A stretch of 64,000 nt of DNA, from the NCBI GenBank assembly GCA_963764715.1, contig CAVXTP010000006.1, positions 224,001-288,000 of the forward strand, read 5' to 3'. Source of the DNA: an uncultured Acidobacteriota bacterium. Its GTDB lineage: Bacteria > Acidobacteriota > Thermoanaerobaculia > UBA5066 > Gp7-AA6. The position numbers and the translations under genes are program-made. Under the pieces are notes generated by a model. It worked only from the letters and a program-made list of their open reading frames with translations. It did no database searches and was not told where the DNA came from. Positions 54,340 through 63,280 of the stretch are shown here, piece by piece; the first letter of the stretch is position 1; the number at the start of each line of letters is the position of its first letter.

Positions 54340-55679
54340 GCGGTCTCGGCCCTCGCGTCCTCGGTCAGCCTGCGCACGCAGTCCTTGCCGAATCGGAGCT
54401 GATCGTGAAGGTGGCTGTAGACGAAGCGGCCCGCGCGCCCGACGGTCTCCAGGTTCTCGATCGAGGCGAGCGTCTCGCGAATGACCCCGACGTCCCGCGC
54501 GTAACCGTTGGCGCACACCGGGTAGGCGTTCGGGATGAAGTGCGGCCGCGATTCCAGAACGTCCCGCGGATCGAGCAGGCCGAGGGCCGAGAGCTCGGCG
54601 ACGACCCTCCCGGTGAAGTCCTGGTCCGAGAGGCTCTCGATCGCGTCGCCGCGGAAGCACGGGGCCTCCACGACGAGCGACGTCTCGCCGTCGGGCGACA
54701 TGTCCGAAGACCGGTTCTTCGGCTCGTAGATGCGGCTGATACAGAAGGCCGGGTCGGGTATGTAGATCGACGCCCGGCCGGACACCCGCGCCACCTTGAG
54801 CCTCAGGAACAGGAGGCGCACGTGCCGGAACCGAAGGCGGGTCGCCGCGGCCCGGGCCGGTTCCGGGAGGGCGTCGCCGAGCAGCCGGACCAGAAACGGC
54901 AGCGGAAGCGTCGAGACGACGCGGCCCTCGACGTCCCGGGCGCGGCCGCCGGAGAAACGGATCCGGCGCACCCGGCCGCCGCCGCACTCCAGGCCCTCGA
55001 TCTCGAATCCCGTGTGGATCGCTTCCGGCGGCAGGGCGCGGGCGAGGGCCTCGGCGAGGCGGCCGTAACCCCCCCGCGGATAGAGGAAGCTGCCGTCGAT
55101 GTGCTGGGTCTTGCCGCCCGGAAAGACCAGCTCGTAGAGCAGGGACCGCAGCGTCATCCCCTGGAGGCGGCGCGTCGCGATGTCGGGGGAAAGCTGATCG
55201 GTCGGGAGCCCCCAGAGCTTGGCCGAATAGTTGAGGAGGATCCGCCGCGCGAGGGTCTGACCGAAGCGGCGGACGGCGAAGTCCTCGAAGCTGACCGCGG
55301 CGGGGCGCCTTCCCCATCCCGCGCGCAGCAGATCCAGGCAGATGCGGCCGGCCTCGCGAAACCCGTACGCGAACATGACGTTCAGTGGCGTCGGCGGGAA
55401 GTCGATGTAGCGGCCGCCATCCAGGATCGCGCTGGGCGCGTCGACGCGAACGAGCTCGTCGCCCATGAGCTCGAGGACGTCCCGCGTGATCTCGGGGTCC
55501 CGATCGTGAAAGCGGTGGGCCCCGCGATCGTAGAGGTGGTCGCCGCTCCGCAGCGTGCGGCACATGCCACCGAGCTCCTCCGAGCCCTCGTAGAGCTCGA
55601 ACGGGAGTCCGGCCCGGTGAGCGTAGAACGCGACGCCCAGGCCCGCCGGCCCCCCTCCCAGGATCGCGAGGCGAGTCAT
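54336..55679 (-). CDS. FAD-dependent oxidoreductase (HemY/UDP-galactopyranose-mutase-like)
   Basis: ILGGGPAG, GGMCRT, D.GAHRF, YPRGG.G, GRAGRFVY. Confidence 0.8.
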   Translation of the reverse strand: MTRLAILGGGPAGLGVAFYAHRAGLPFELYEGSEELGGMCRTLRSGDHLYDRGAHRFHDRDPEITRDVLELMGDELVRVDAPSAILDGGRYIDFPPTPLNVMFAYGFREAGRICLDLLRAGWGRRPAAVSFEDFAVRRFGQTLARRILLNYSAKLWGLPTDQLSPDIATRRLQGMTLRSLLYELVFPGGKTQHIDGSFLYPRGGYGRLAEALARALPPEAIHTGFEIEGLECGGGRVRRIRFSGGRARDVEGRVVSTLPLPFLVRLLGDALPEPARAAATRLRFRHVRLLFLRLKVARVSGRASIYIPDPAFCISRIYEPKNRSSDMSPDGETSLVVEAPCFRGDAIESLSDQDFTGRVVAELSALGLLDPRDVLESRPHFIPNAYPVCANGYARDVGVIRETLASIENLETVGRAGRFVYSHLHDQLRFGKDCVRRLTEDARAETA

Positions 55680-55686
55680 GCCCTTC

Positions 55687-56742
55687 CTAGTCTCCGTCGG
55701 GCCAGTCCACGGGCCCGCCGTCCGGGACGAGCACGATCTTGCCGTGCGCCGCACCCTCCTCCATGCGCCGGTAGGCCGCCGGGGCCTCGGACAGGGGGAA
55801 GACGCGATCGATGCGCGGCCGGATGCGGCCTCCTGCGACCGCGGCGTAGAGGGCGCGGAACTCGCGGTCGTTCGCCATCGTCGAGCCGAGGATGGAGAGG
55901 TGCTTCCAGAAGATCAGCCGGATCTCCTCCTTCGGATTGGGGCCGGAGGTGGCCCCGCAGGTCACGATCCGCCCACCCCTCGCGGCCGCCTTGAGCGAGG
56001 TCATCCAGGTCGCGTCGCCGACCGAGTCCACGACCACGTCGACGCCCCGCCGCGCAGTGTGCGCGCGGACGGCCTGCAGCACGTCCTCCTTCCGGTAGTC
56101 GACGACGAGCTCGGCGCCGGCCGCCGAGAGGCGCGCGGCCTTCTCCGCGCCCGAGGTCGTAGCGAGGACGCGCGCTCCGGCCAGTCGCGCGACGTCGAGC
56201 GCCGCGCCGCCGACGCCGCCGCCCGCCCCATGGATCAGGACCGTCTCCCCGGGCCGGAGGGCCGCGCGGCCGACGAGCATCCGCCAGGCCGTCTGGTAGG
56301 CCAGCGGAAACGCCGCCGCCTCGGCCCACGACAGGCCGCGCGGGACCGGGAAGAGGTTGCGCGCGGGAACGACGGCGTACTCGGCGAAGGTGCCGGCGAC
56401 ATGCTCGCCGACGATCCGGAACGTCGTGCACAGGCTCTGCTCGCCCGCCCGGCAGAATTCGCAGGCCGTGCAGTAGAGCCCGGGTTGGACGAGGACCCGG
56501 TCACCGGGCGTCAGGTCGGTCACGCCCTCGCCCAGGCGGTCGACGACGCCGGACGCGTCGGCTCCGGGGATCTGGGGCAGCGGCACGTGAGGGATGCCGT
56601 TGCGCACGAAGACGTCGAGGTGGTTGAGGGCCGCCGCCCGCACCGCGATCCGCACCTCGCCCGGGCCGGGCTCGGGCGTCGGCCGGTCGCCGTAGCGGAG
56701 CACCTCGGGGCCGCCCGGGGTCTCGAAGTAGACGGCCTTCAT
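55687..56742 (-). CDS. Zinc-binding dehydrogenase / quinone oxidoreductase (MDR)
   Basis: AALNHLD, PGAD, CxxCxxC..C, GAGGGVG, GKIVL. Confidence 0.85.
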   Translation of the reverse strand: MKAVYFETPGGPEVLRYGDRPTPEPGPGEVRIAVRAAALNHLDVFVRNGIPHVPLPQIPGADASGVVDRLGEGVTDLTPGDRVLVQPGLYCTACEFCRAGEQSLCTTFRIVGEHVAGTFAEYAVVPARNLFPVPRGLSWAEAAAFPLAYQTAWRMLVGRAALRPGETVLIHGAGGGVGGAALDVARLAGARVLATTSGAEKAARLSAAGAELVVDYRKEDVLQAVRAHTARRGVDVVVDSVGDATWMTSLKAAARGGRIVTCGATSGPNPKEEIRLIFWKHLSILGSTMANDREFRALYAAVAGGRIRPRIDRVFPLSEAPAAYRRMEEGAAHGKIVLVPDGGPVDWPDGD

Positions 56743-58334
56743 CACTTCAAGTATCCCAGCGACCGGAGCTTCTCGAGATACTCCCGGTCGCTTTCCCGGG
56801 CGGGGCTCGAGGGAGGCGCGATGCGGGGACCCCAGGTCGCGACCGTCGACGCCTCGACCGTCCCGGGAACGAAGAGCGAGGCGACCGGATGTCCCGGAAG
56901 GTTGCGCGCGGCCGGGACGCCCATCCGCGCGAGAATCGAAGGCGCCGCGTCCTCGGGTCGGATCCGGACGTTGCGGGCCGTGACCGACCCGTCGAAGACG
57001 ACCATTCGCCCGAGGGCCTCGGGCCCGGGATGGCTGTCGGCGGCGAGCACGACCAGGACGACCTCGCCCCGCCGTGCGCGGGCGGCCCAGTCGGCGAGGA
57101 CCTCGGCGACCCGCGCCGCGGCCTTCGCGCGCGCCGCGGGGTCGTCGCGGGCGATGTCGCAGCCGGGCAGGTAGACGGTCGCCAGACGGAACCCCTTCGA
57201 GGCCTGGGCGTCGAAGGCGGCGAGGGCCTCGCGGTCCGCGCCGGGGCCGTCGGCCGCGCGGGCAAAGACCGTCCGGTTCTCGACGACGGTCGCGCCGGGC
57301 CACGGGCCCGCGGCCCACCAGCCCACGGCGAGCGACGGCAGGCCCGCCGAGGCCGAGATCTCCCAGAAGTCGAGGCGCCGCCGGTCGACGTGGGACACGG
57401 GGGCGGCCGAGACGAGGTGGAGCGCCGGGCCAACGTGCCGCAGGTACCAGGAGGTCCCCCACGGCGGGCGCACCGCGAGGCTCGAGCCCAGGGGGCGCAC
57501 GCGCGTCAGGGCGCGCACACCGTGCCGCTCCGCCGGCTCGCCGGTCGCGAGCGTCGTCCAGAGCTCCGGTGGCGGCCGGTGCTCCGCCGGCCACCATCCC
57601 ACCGCGCCGCCCTCGAGCAGGGCCGCCGCGGGGCCGCCCTTGCCGGAACCGTCGAGGTCGAGCCCGTCGACCGCGATGACGACTTCGGGCGTCGCGCGAG
57701 GGGAGGGCTGCGGCGAGGGGGCGGGGCGCGACTCGTGCCGCGAGAACAGCAGCAGGATCGCGATCAGCAGCCCCACCGCGGCTGCCGCCGCGAAGAGGCG
57801 CCGCAGCGACCGGCGCGGGAGCATTCCGGCCCGCGCGAACGCGAGGGCGAGGAAGCCGAGCCGGACCGCGGCCGCGAGAAAGAGCGCGGTGATCCCGATC
57901 GGCACGGCCCACAGGAGGGTGCGAGCCGAGAGGGCTCGCTCCAGACTGTAGGTGCCGCCGATCCACAGAGCGAAGACGATCAGGGCGGAGACCATGCCGG
58001 CGATCGTCGCCGCGATCCCCGGCGTCCGGACGCGCTCGGCGAACCACGAGAGGACCAGAGCGAGGACCGTGGCCGGGGCGAGGGCCGCGGCGAAGAGGTG
58101 CACGAAGAGCGAGGCGATCGAGCCGGGCGAGCCGCCGAACGCCGGGTCCGCGGCCTCCACGGCCGCGATCGCGGCGAGGGCCGCCCCGAAGGCCCCGATC
58201 AGGATCGCCGTCAGGAACGCGCCGCCGCGCCCCTCGAACACGGGCCGGAAGAGCAGGCGGTCGACGCCGGCGTCGAGGTAACCGAGCTCGCGCAGCCGCG
58301 CTCGCGCCTCGCCGAGGGTGGGCCGCTCCCTCAC
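56742..58334 (-). CDS. Membrane protein with alkaline-phosphatase/phosphodiesterase-like domain
   Basis: About 5 TM helices, then VIAVDGLD, WTTLATG...HGV, ADSH, C-terminal LRSLGYL. Confidence 0.65.
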   Translation of the reverse strand: MRERPTLGEARARLRELGYLDAGVDRLLFRPVFEGRGGAFLTAILIGAFGAALAAIAAVEAADPAFGGSPGSIASLFVHLFAAALAPATVLALVLSWFAERVRTPGIAATIAGMVSALIVFALWIGGTYSLERALSARTLLWAVPIGITALFLAAAVRLGFLALAFARAGMLPRRSLRRLFAAAAAVGLLIAILLLFSRHESRPAPSPQPSPRATPEVVIAVDGLDLDGSGKGGPAAALLEGGAVGWWPAEHRPPPELWTTLATGEPAERHGVRALTRVRPLGSSLAVRPPWGTSWYLRHVGPALHLVSAAPVSHVDRRRLDFWEISASAGLPSLAVGWWAAGPWPGATVVENRTVFARAADGPGADREALAAFDAQASKGFRLATVYLPGCDIARDDPAARAKAAARVAEVLADWAARARRGEVVLVVLAADSHPGPEALGRMVVFDGSVTARNVRIRPEDAAPSILARMGVPAARNLPGHPVASLFVPGTVEASTVATWGPRIAPPSSPARESDREYLEKLRSLGYLK

Positions 58335-59230
58335 GACCGGCGGTCCCTCACCACGCGCGCCAGGTCGGAGAGCACGGCGGCCCGCGAGCCCAGCGGCTTC
58401 AGGGCGGAGAGGGCCGCCGCCAGGAGCTCCTCGACGAGCCGGTGGCACGACTCGCCTCCGAGCACCGTCGCGAAGTTGGCGCGGTGGGCGTCGCGGCCGG
58501 CGTCCTTGCCCATCACCTTCGGATCGCCCTCGAGGTCGAGCAGGTCATCCGTGATCTGGAAGGCGAGGCCGAGGTTGCGCGCGTATCGCGTCAGCGCCGA
58601 CAGGGTGCGCTCCCCCGCGCCGCCCGCGAGCGCCCCGCCGCGGATGGCCGCGACGAAGAGGGCGCCCGTCTTCTGGGCGTGGATCGCCTCGAGGTCGTCG
58701 AGGGCCACGGCGCTCGGGTCGGCCGCGAGGTCCGCCGCCTGGCCCGCGCAGCAGCCCCCGGCGCCGACGGCCGCGGCGAGCTCGCCGACGATCCGCGCCC
58801 GCAGCGCGCCCGAGACGCCGCGGCTCTGGGCCAGGACCTCGAACGCGCGGGCGAGCAGCGCCACGGACGCGAGCTCCGACGTGGCGACCCCGTGGGTGCG
58901 GTGGAGCGCCGGGCGCCCCCTCCGGCGGGGCGCGTCGTCCATCGAGGGCAGGTCGTCGAGCACCAGCGACGCCGCGTGAACGTACTCGACGGCGACGGCG
59001 ACGGGCAGCGCAGCCGCCCGGGACGCTCGAACGAGATCGGCCGCCGCGAGGCTCGCGAGGGGCCGCAGGCGCTTGCCGCGGGAGAGCGCCGCCTGGGTAA
59101 TCGCCTGCGAAAGGACCGGCGCGCGCGGGGCCGGCGCCGGAAGGTTCTCGGCGAGCGCCTCTTCGAGCCCGGGAGCCGCCGCGGCCGAGAACCGGTCGAA
59201 TGCGCCGCCGGCCCCGGCGGGGTGCGTCAG
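58331..59230 (-). CDS. Second polyprenyl diphosphate synthase (CrtE/GGPPS-like); start uncertain (CTG?)
   Basis: GKRLRP, HAASLVLDDLPSMD, GQAADL, KTGALF, FQITDDLLD. The frame is open upstream of the ORF-track start. Confidence 0.85.
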   Translation of the reverse strand: MTHPAGAGGAFDRFSAAAAPGLEEALAENLPAPAPRAPVLSQAITQAALSRGKRLRPLASLAAADLVRASRAAALPVAVAVEYVHAASLVLDDLPSMDDAPRRRGRPALHRTHGVATSELASVALLARAFEVLAQSRGVSGALRARIVGELAAAVGAGGCCAGQAADLAADPSAVALDDLEAIHAQKTGALFVAAIRGGALAGGAGERTLSALTRYARNLGLAFQITDDLLDLEGDPKVMGKDAGRDAHRANFATVLGGESCHRLVEELLAAALSALKPLGSRAAVLSDLARVVRDRRS

Positions 59231-59248
59231 GAGGGAAGCCCCCGCGTC

Positions 59249-59590
59249 CTAGCCGCGAAAGCTCGCCAGCGCCTCGGGTTCCGCCTCGTACACGTCGAAG
59301 ACGGTGATCAACTGCGTCACGGTCAGGACGTCGTTGATCTTGGGAGGCAGGTGGAGGAGCTTCAGCTTCCCGCCCTTGTTGGTCACCGACGTGTAGCAGC
59401 CGACGAGCTCGCCGATGCCCGACGAGTCGATCGTCGTGACGTCGTGCATGTCGACGAGGATGTTCTTCTTGCCCGAATCGACGAGCTTGTTGATCGTTTC
59501 GCGCAACTGCACGTCCCCCGACCCGATGGTGATCTTGCCTTTGAGCTCGACGATCTGCACCCCGCCGGACTCGCGAACGTTCGTCTTCAT
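59249..59590 (-). CDS. STAS anti-sigma factor antagonist
   Basis: IDSSGIGELV phosphoacceptor motif. Confidence 0.9.
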   Translation of the reverse strand: MKTNVRESGGVQIVELKGKITIGSGDVQLRETINKLVDSGKKNILVDMHDVTTIDSSGIGELVGCYTSVTNKGGKLKLLHLPPKINDVLTVTQLITVFDVYEAEPEALASFRG

Positions 59591-60054
59591 GCTGGGTTCT
59601 CCTCCTTCTCTTTTACCGCGCCCAGGTTCTTTTTCAAAACGATTTCCATGCCGCCTTCCGCGTGACGCTGGAAGCGGACGTCATCCATGAAGGTCCGCAT
59701 GTAGAAGATGCCCCTTCCCGAGGTCTTCAGCCGGTTTTCCGGAGCGAGGGGATCGTCCACGGCTTTCGGATCGAATCCTTCGCCCTCGTCGCGGATCGAG
59801 ATGGCGAGCGTGTCCGCGACGACGTCCATCTCGAGGTGCACGTGCTTGGAGAGGTCCTGCTGGTTGCCGTGTTTGATCGCATTGGCCACGGCCTCGCGCA
59901 CCGCCATCAGGATCCAGTGGCGCGTCTCCTCCGGCACGTCGCGGCCCTCGAGGAGGCGCGAGCACAGGTGCTGCACCATCTCGATGTTCTCGAAACGGCT
60001 GGACAGAGACATCCGGATCGGGCCGGCTTTGACGATCGGTCGAGGTGCGTTCAT
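59587..60054 (-). CDS. Anti-sigma factor / Ser kinase (RsbW-like HATPase)
   Basis: EAVANAIKHG, DEGEGFD, SGRGIFYM. Confidence 0.9.
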   Translation of the reverse strand: MNAPRPIVKAGPIRMSLSSRFENIEMVQHLCSRLLEGRDVPEETRHWILMAVREAVANAIKHGNQQDLSKHVHLEMDVVADTLAISIRDEGEGFDPKAVDDPLAPENRLKTSGRGIFYMRTFMDDVRFQRHAEGGMEIVLKKNLGAVKEKEENPA

Positions 60055-60135
60055 TCACGAGCTTCGAAAGCCCGGCGGATCTTATCGAAAAGCACCCCGG
60101 GAAAGGAACCGAAACCCGCCGTGCTACCCTCGATC

Positions 60136-61338
60136 ATGCTCCGGAAAAGGCGGGCCCGCATGGCCGGAATCGCCCTGGCCGCGGCAGCCGTCCTCGGGGC
60201 GGCGGACCTGCTGCCGGACCGCATGGCGCAGGTTTCCCGGAGCGTCGAGGAGGTCCGGGGCCGCAAGTTCGCGCGGGCGGTGCCGGCCTCGAGGCTGGAC
60301 AAGGAGGAGGCCCGGCGAGTGCTGCGCGGCAAGATCTCCGAGGGCCTGCCGGTCCCCGTCGACGAGTACTTCCGGTCGCTCGTGGCGCTCGGCTTGATCG
60401 AGGACTCGCCCCGGCTCCTCGACAGCCTGGTCGACTTCTACGCTTCGCAGGTCGTGGCGTTCTACGACCCGGAACCCCGGCGTTTCTACGTCGTCGAGGG
60501 CGCGGAGGGGCTCGCGGGCGGCGATTCCGAGGACCTCGCCCAGGGCCTCATCTACTCGCACGAGCTGATGCACGCGCTCCAGGACGAGTCGCTGCACCTG
60601 TCCGACCGGGTCAAGGAGCTCCGCGACGACGGAGACCGCAGCCTCGCGCTCCAGTGCCTCCTCGAGGGCGAAGCGACGCTCGTGATGATCCGCGTCGCCC
60701 TCAAGGAGATTCCGGACGCGGGGGACGAGGTGGAGGAGCAGATGGCGCCGCTGCTCTCGGCGGGCAACCTCGAGCGCTCCAGCGTCCCGGGCGACGTGCC
60801 GGCCTACTTCGTGGACCAGCTCTTCTTTCCCTACACCGACGGCACGGCCTTCGTGCGCGCCGCCGTGAAGAAAGGGGGCTGGGCCGAGGTCGACCGCCTC
60901 TGGAGGGATCCTCCCCGGTCGTCGGCGGAGATCATCCACGGCGCCCCCTATCCGCCGCCGGTCCGGGGCCTGCTCCCGGCCGACGCCGCCGCGCTCGCGC
61001 CGGGCCGCCGCCTTTCGTACACCGACACCCTCGGAGAATGGACGCTCCGGTTTCTGCTCGGGCGGGCCCTGTCCGCGGAGGAGGCCGCGGCGGCCTCGAC
61101 CGGGTGGCGGGGCGACCGGATCGCGTACTTCACCGCCGGCGGGGCGACGAGCTACCTCTGGCGCCTGCGCTTTTCGGATGCCGAGTCGGCGGCCCGCTTC
61201 GAAGCGGCCCTGAGGAAGGCCCGGTCCGCGCGTCCCGCCCCGTCCCCCGAAGCCGTCCGCCGCGAGGGCGCCGACCTGCTCGTCTCCGGGGGCTTCGCGA
61301 AAACGCCCGAGCTGGCCGGGTTTCCCGCGCGCCAATAA
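60136..61338 (+). CDS. Exported gluzincin-like hypothetical protein
   Basis: Signal peptide, AFYDP, HELMHALQD + EGEAT, FPY..G, GWRGD. Confidence 0.7.
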   Translation: MLRKRRARMAGIALAAAAVLGAADLLPDRMAQVSRSVEEVRGRKFARAVPASRLDKEEARRVLRGKISEGLPVPVDEYFRSLVALGLIEDSPRLLDSLVDFYASQVVAFYDPEPRRFYVVEGAEGLAGGDSEDLAQGLIYSHELMHALQDESLHLSDRVKELRDDGDRSLALQCLLEGEATLVMIRVALKEIPDAGDEVEEQMAPLLSAGNLERSSVPGDVPAYFVDQLFFPYTDGTAFVRAAVKKGGWAEVDRLWRDPPRSSAEIIHGAPYPPPVRGLLPADAAALAPGRRLSYTDTLGEWTLRFLLGRALSAEEAAAASTGWRGDRIAYFTAGGATSYLWRLRFSDAESAARFEAALRKARSARPAPSPEAVRREGADLLVSGGFAKTPELAGFPARQ

Positions 61339-61369
61339 AAAACGGGAGGCCGTTTCCCGGCCTCCCGCG
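61339..61369 (-). terminator. Terminator between convergent genes
   Basis: CGGGAGGCC/GGCCTCCCG stem with a U-tract on the minus strand. Confidence 0.6.
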
Positions 61370-61390
61370 GAATGCGAATCGGATCCCCGG

Positions 61391-62209
61391 TTAGAACTTG
61401 CGCCGGAGCGTAAGGGTCGCGCCGAGACCGAGGCACAGGACGCCGAGGGCGCCGGCCAGGGGCACCGAGCTGCCGGTCTTCGGAAGGCTCTTGGCCATCG
61501 CCTGCTGGGCCGCCGCCGCATCCGCCGCCGCCTTGGCCGCCGCCGCATCCGCGTCAGCCCTCGCCTTGGCATCGGCCGCCGCCCGGTCGGCCGCCGCCTT
61601 GTCCGCCGCCGCCTTCTCGGCCGCTGCCCGGTCGGCCGCCGCCTTGTCCGCAGCCGCCTTGTCCGCCGCCGCCTTGGCCGCCGCCGCCCTGGCCGCCTCG
61701 TCCGAGGCCGCCGCGTTCGCGAGCTCCTGCTCGGTGGCCGTTCCCTTCGAGGTGTGGATGATCGTGGCGTTCAGGTGCTGGTTGACCTGGAGGTCTTCGA
61801 GCCGCAGCTTCGCGCCGCCGATGTCGAACCGGAAACCGGCCGGGATGTTGTAGGAGTGAATTCCGTCGGACTCGCGGACGAAGAGGAGCCCGCCGGAGCT
61901 CTTGAGGACCTTGGCGTTCTTGAGCTGCGTGGTCTGGACGACGATCGGGGTCGTCACGGTCTTGACCGTAGCCGTGATCTTCATCCCGGGCCTCAGGTCC
62001 TTCAAGGCCACGTCCTTGCCGTCGACGGTCGCGTGGAAGTCCTCGGCCACGTCGAATTCGCGCATCGTGCCGCTGGCTTCCTTGATGAAGATGCTCTTGT
62101 CGCCGACGCTGACGATGGTGCCGTTTTTGACTTCGGTCGTGGTCTGCGCCGACACCGCCGCCGCGACGGCGAGCGCGAGCGCCACCGTGAGAATGGAACG
62201 CTTCAACAT
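61391..62209 (-). CDS. LPXTG (LPKTG) sorting-signal surface protein with Ala/Lys/Asp repeats
   Basis: Signal peptide, two beta-rich repeats, (AAADK)n linker, LPKTGS + hydrophobic helix + RRKF tail. Confidence 0.85.
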   Translation of the reverse strand: MLKRSILTVALALAVAAAVSAQTTTEVKNGTIVSVGDKSIFIKEASGTMREFDVAEDFHATVDGKDVALKDLRPGMKITATVKTVTTPIVVQTTQLKNAKVLKSSGGLLFVRESDGIHSYNIPAGFRFDIGGAKLRLEDLQVNQHLNATIIHTSKGTATEQELANAAASDEAARAAAAKAAADKAAADKAAADRAAAEKAAADKAAADRAAADAKARADADAAAAKAAADAAAAQQAMAKSLPKTGSSVPLAGALGVLCLGLGATLTLRRKF

Positions 62210-62287
62210 TTTCCTGTCCTCCTCAATATCGTTATCAACACAAGAAACTCTGATCCGACGACCATCGTCGGCCCGTGGAAGCAAGTT

Positions 62288-63022
62288 CTAGGGCGCGCGG
62301 CTCCTCCTTTCCGCCGCCTGCATCGCGACCGGTCCGTCGAGTGTCGCGCGCACGATGAAGCGCTGCGGCGCGCTTCCGGCGTAGTAGAAGGGATAGCAGG
62401 TCACGAGCGTCAGGGCCGGCTCGGCCGTCGGCTCGAGGACCTCGACGCTCTGGGGCGAAACGATGGTCAGGCTCTGGATGCGGTAGCGCAGGTGCTGCGA
62501 GAGCGTCTCGACCTCGATCACGTCGCCGGCCGTCACGTCCTTCAGGCCGCGGAAGAATCCGTCCCGGTGGCCCGCGATGCCGACGTTGCCGGGCTCGCCC
62601 GGCCGGGGAGTTCCGGCGATGTGCCCGACTCCCCGGTTCAGCGCCAGCTCGTCGGTCCCCTCGAGCACGGGGACCTCGAGGTCGATCCGCGGCACGCGCA
62701 GAACGCCGAGCGGCGAACGGAAGTCGTGGGACAGGCTCGCCTGGAAGCCCTGGACGCGCTCGGGCGACCAGAGCGTCTTGTCGGGTGTGTCGAAGTCGGA
62801 CAGCGGCCGCAGGCTCCCGACCGGCTCGCTCGAGGACGAGGTCGAGGCCGCCCGCGCTCGCTCGAAGTCGGCGAGCGCGGCCTTGCGTCCGAGGGAAGCG
62901 TCGACGCGAAAGGCTGCGAAGATCGCGACGAGCGCGATGCCGGCGACCCACGCCGCAACCTCGAGCGGACCTGGTCCCGCCCGCTTACCCTCGCGGGGCC
63001 TCGGAGGCTGCAAATTCTCCAT
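62288..63022 (-). CDS. Class D-like sortase
   Basis: N-terminal TM, IAGHRDGFF (His), LTLVTCYPF (Cys), RFIVRA (Arg). Confidence 0.92.
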   Translation of the reverse strand: MENLQPPRPREGKRAGPGPLEVAAWVAGIALVAIFAAFRVDASLGRKAALADFERARAASTSSSSEPVGSLRPLSDFDTPDKTLWSPERVQGFQASLSHDFRSPLGVLRVPRIDLEVPVLEGTDELALNRGVGHIAGTPRPGEPGNVGIAGHRDGFFRGLKDVTAGDVIEVETLSQHLRYRIQSLTIVSPQSVEVLEPTAEPALTLVTCYPFYYAGSAPQRFIVRATLDGPVAMQAAERRSRAP

Positions 63023-63280
63023 CTGGGCGACTAAGTAACGGGATTTAGATATCGCCCCCGGCTGAGGAAGTCAACGGCACGAGCCCTTTGGTCGAGGTCT
63101 ATTCGGCAATAAGTCAGATTTTTGGACGTTGAGAGGCCCGGCGCCCGTATCCGTCCCCTCCGACTCGGCAACCAGCAACCCCGGCCGTTGCCGCGATGGG
63201 CCCCGAAATCGTCCGAAATCGGACCATCGGAAGCGAAACGGCCAGGCGCCGCGCAGCGGTCCCCGTCGGCGCAGGGAAGC

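Noticed and set aside
59249-59251. Pyrrolysine recoding of the TAG between STAS and polyprenyl synthase
   Set aside because: The STAS protein ends at its normal length, no pyl genes are in the window, and a CTG start is simpler
63030-63280. Possible riboswitch or sigma-54 promoter upstream of the sortase
   Set aside because: No recognisable aptamer and no GG-N10-GC consensus found; only a weak TTGACT-N17-TATCTA promoter-like match
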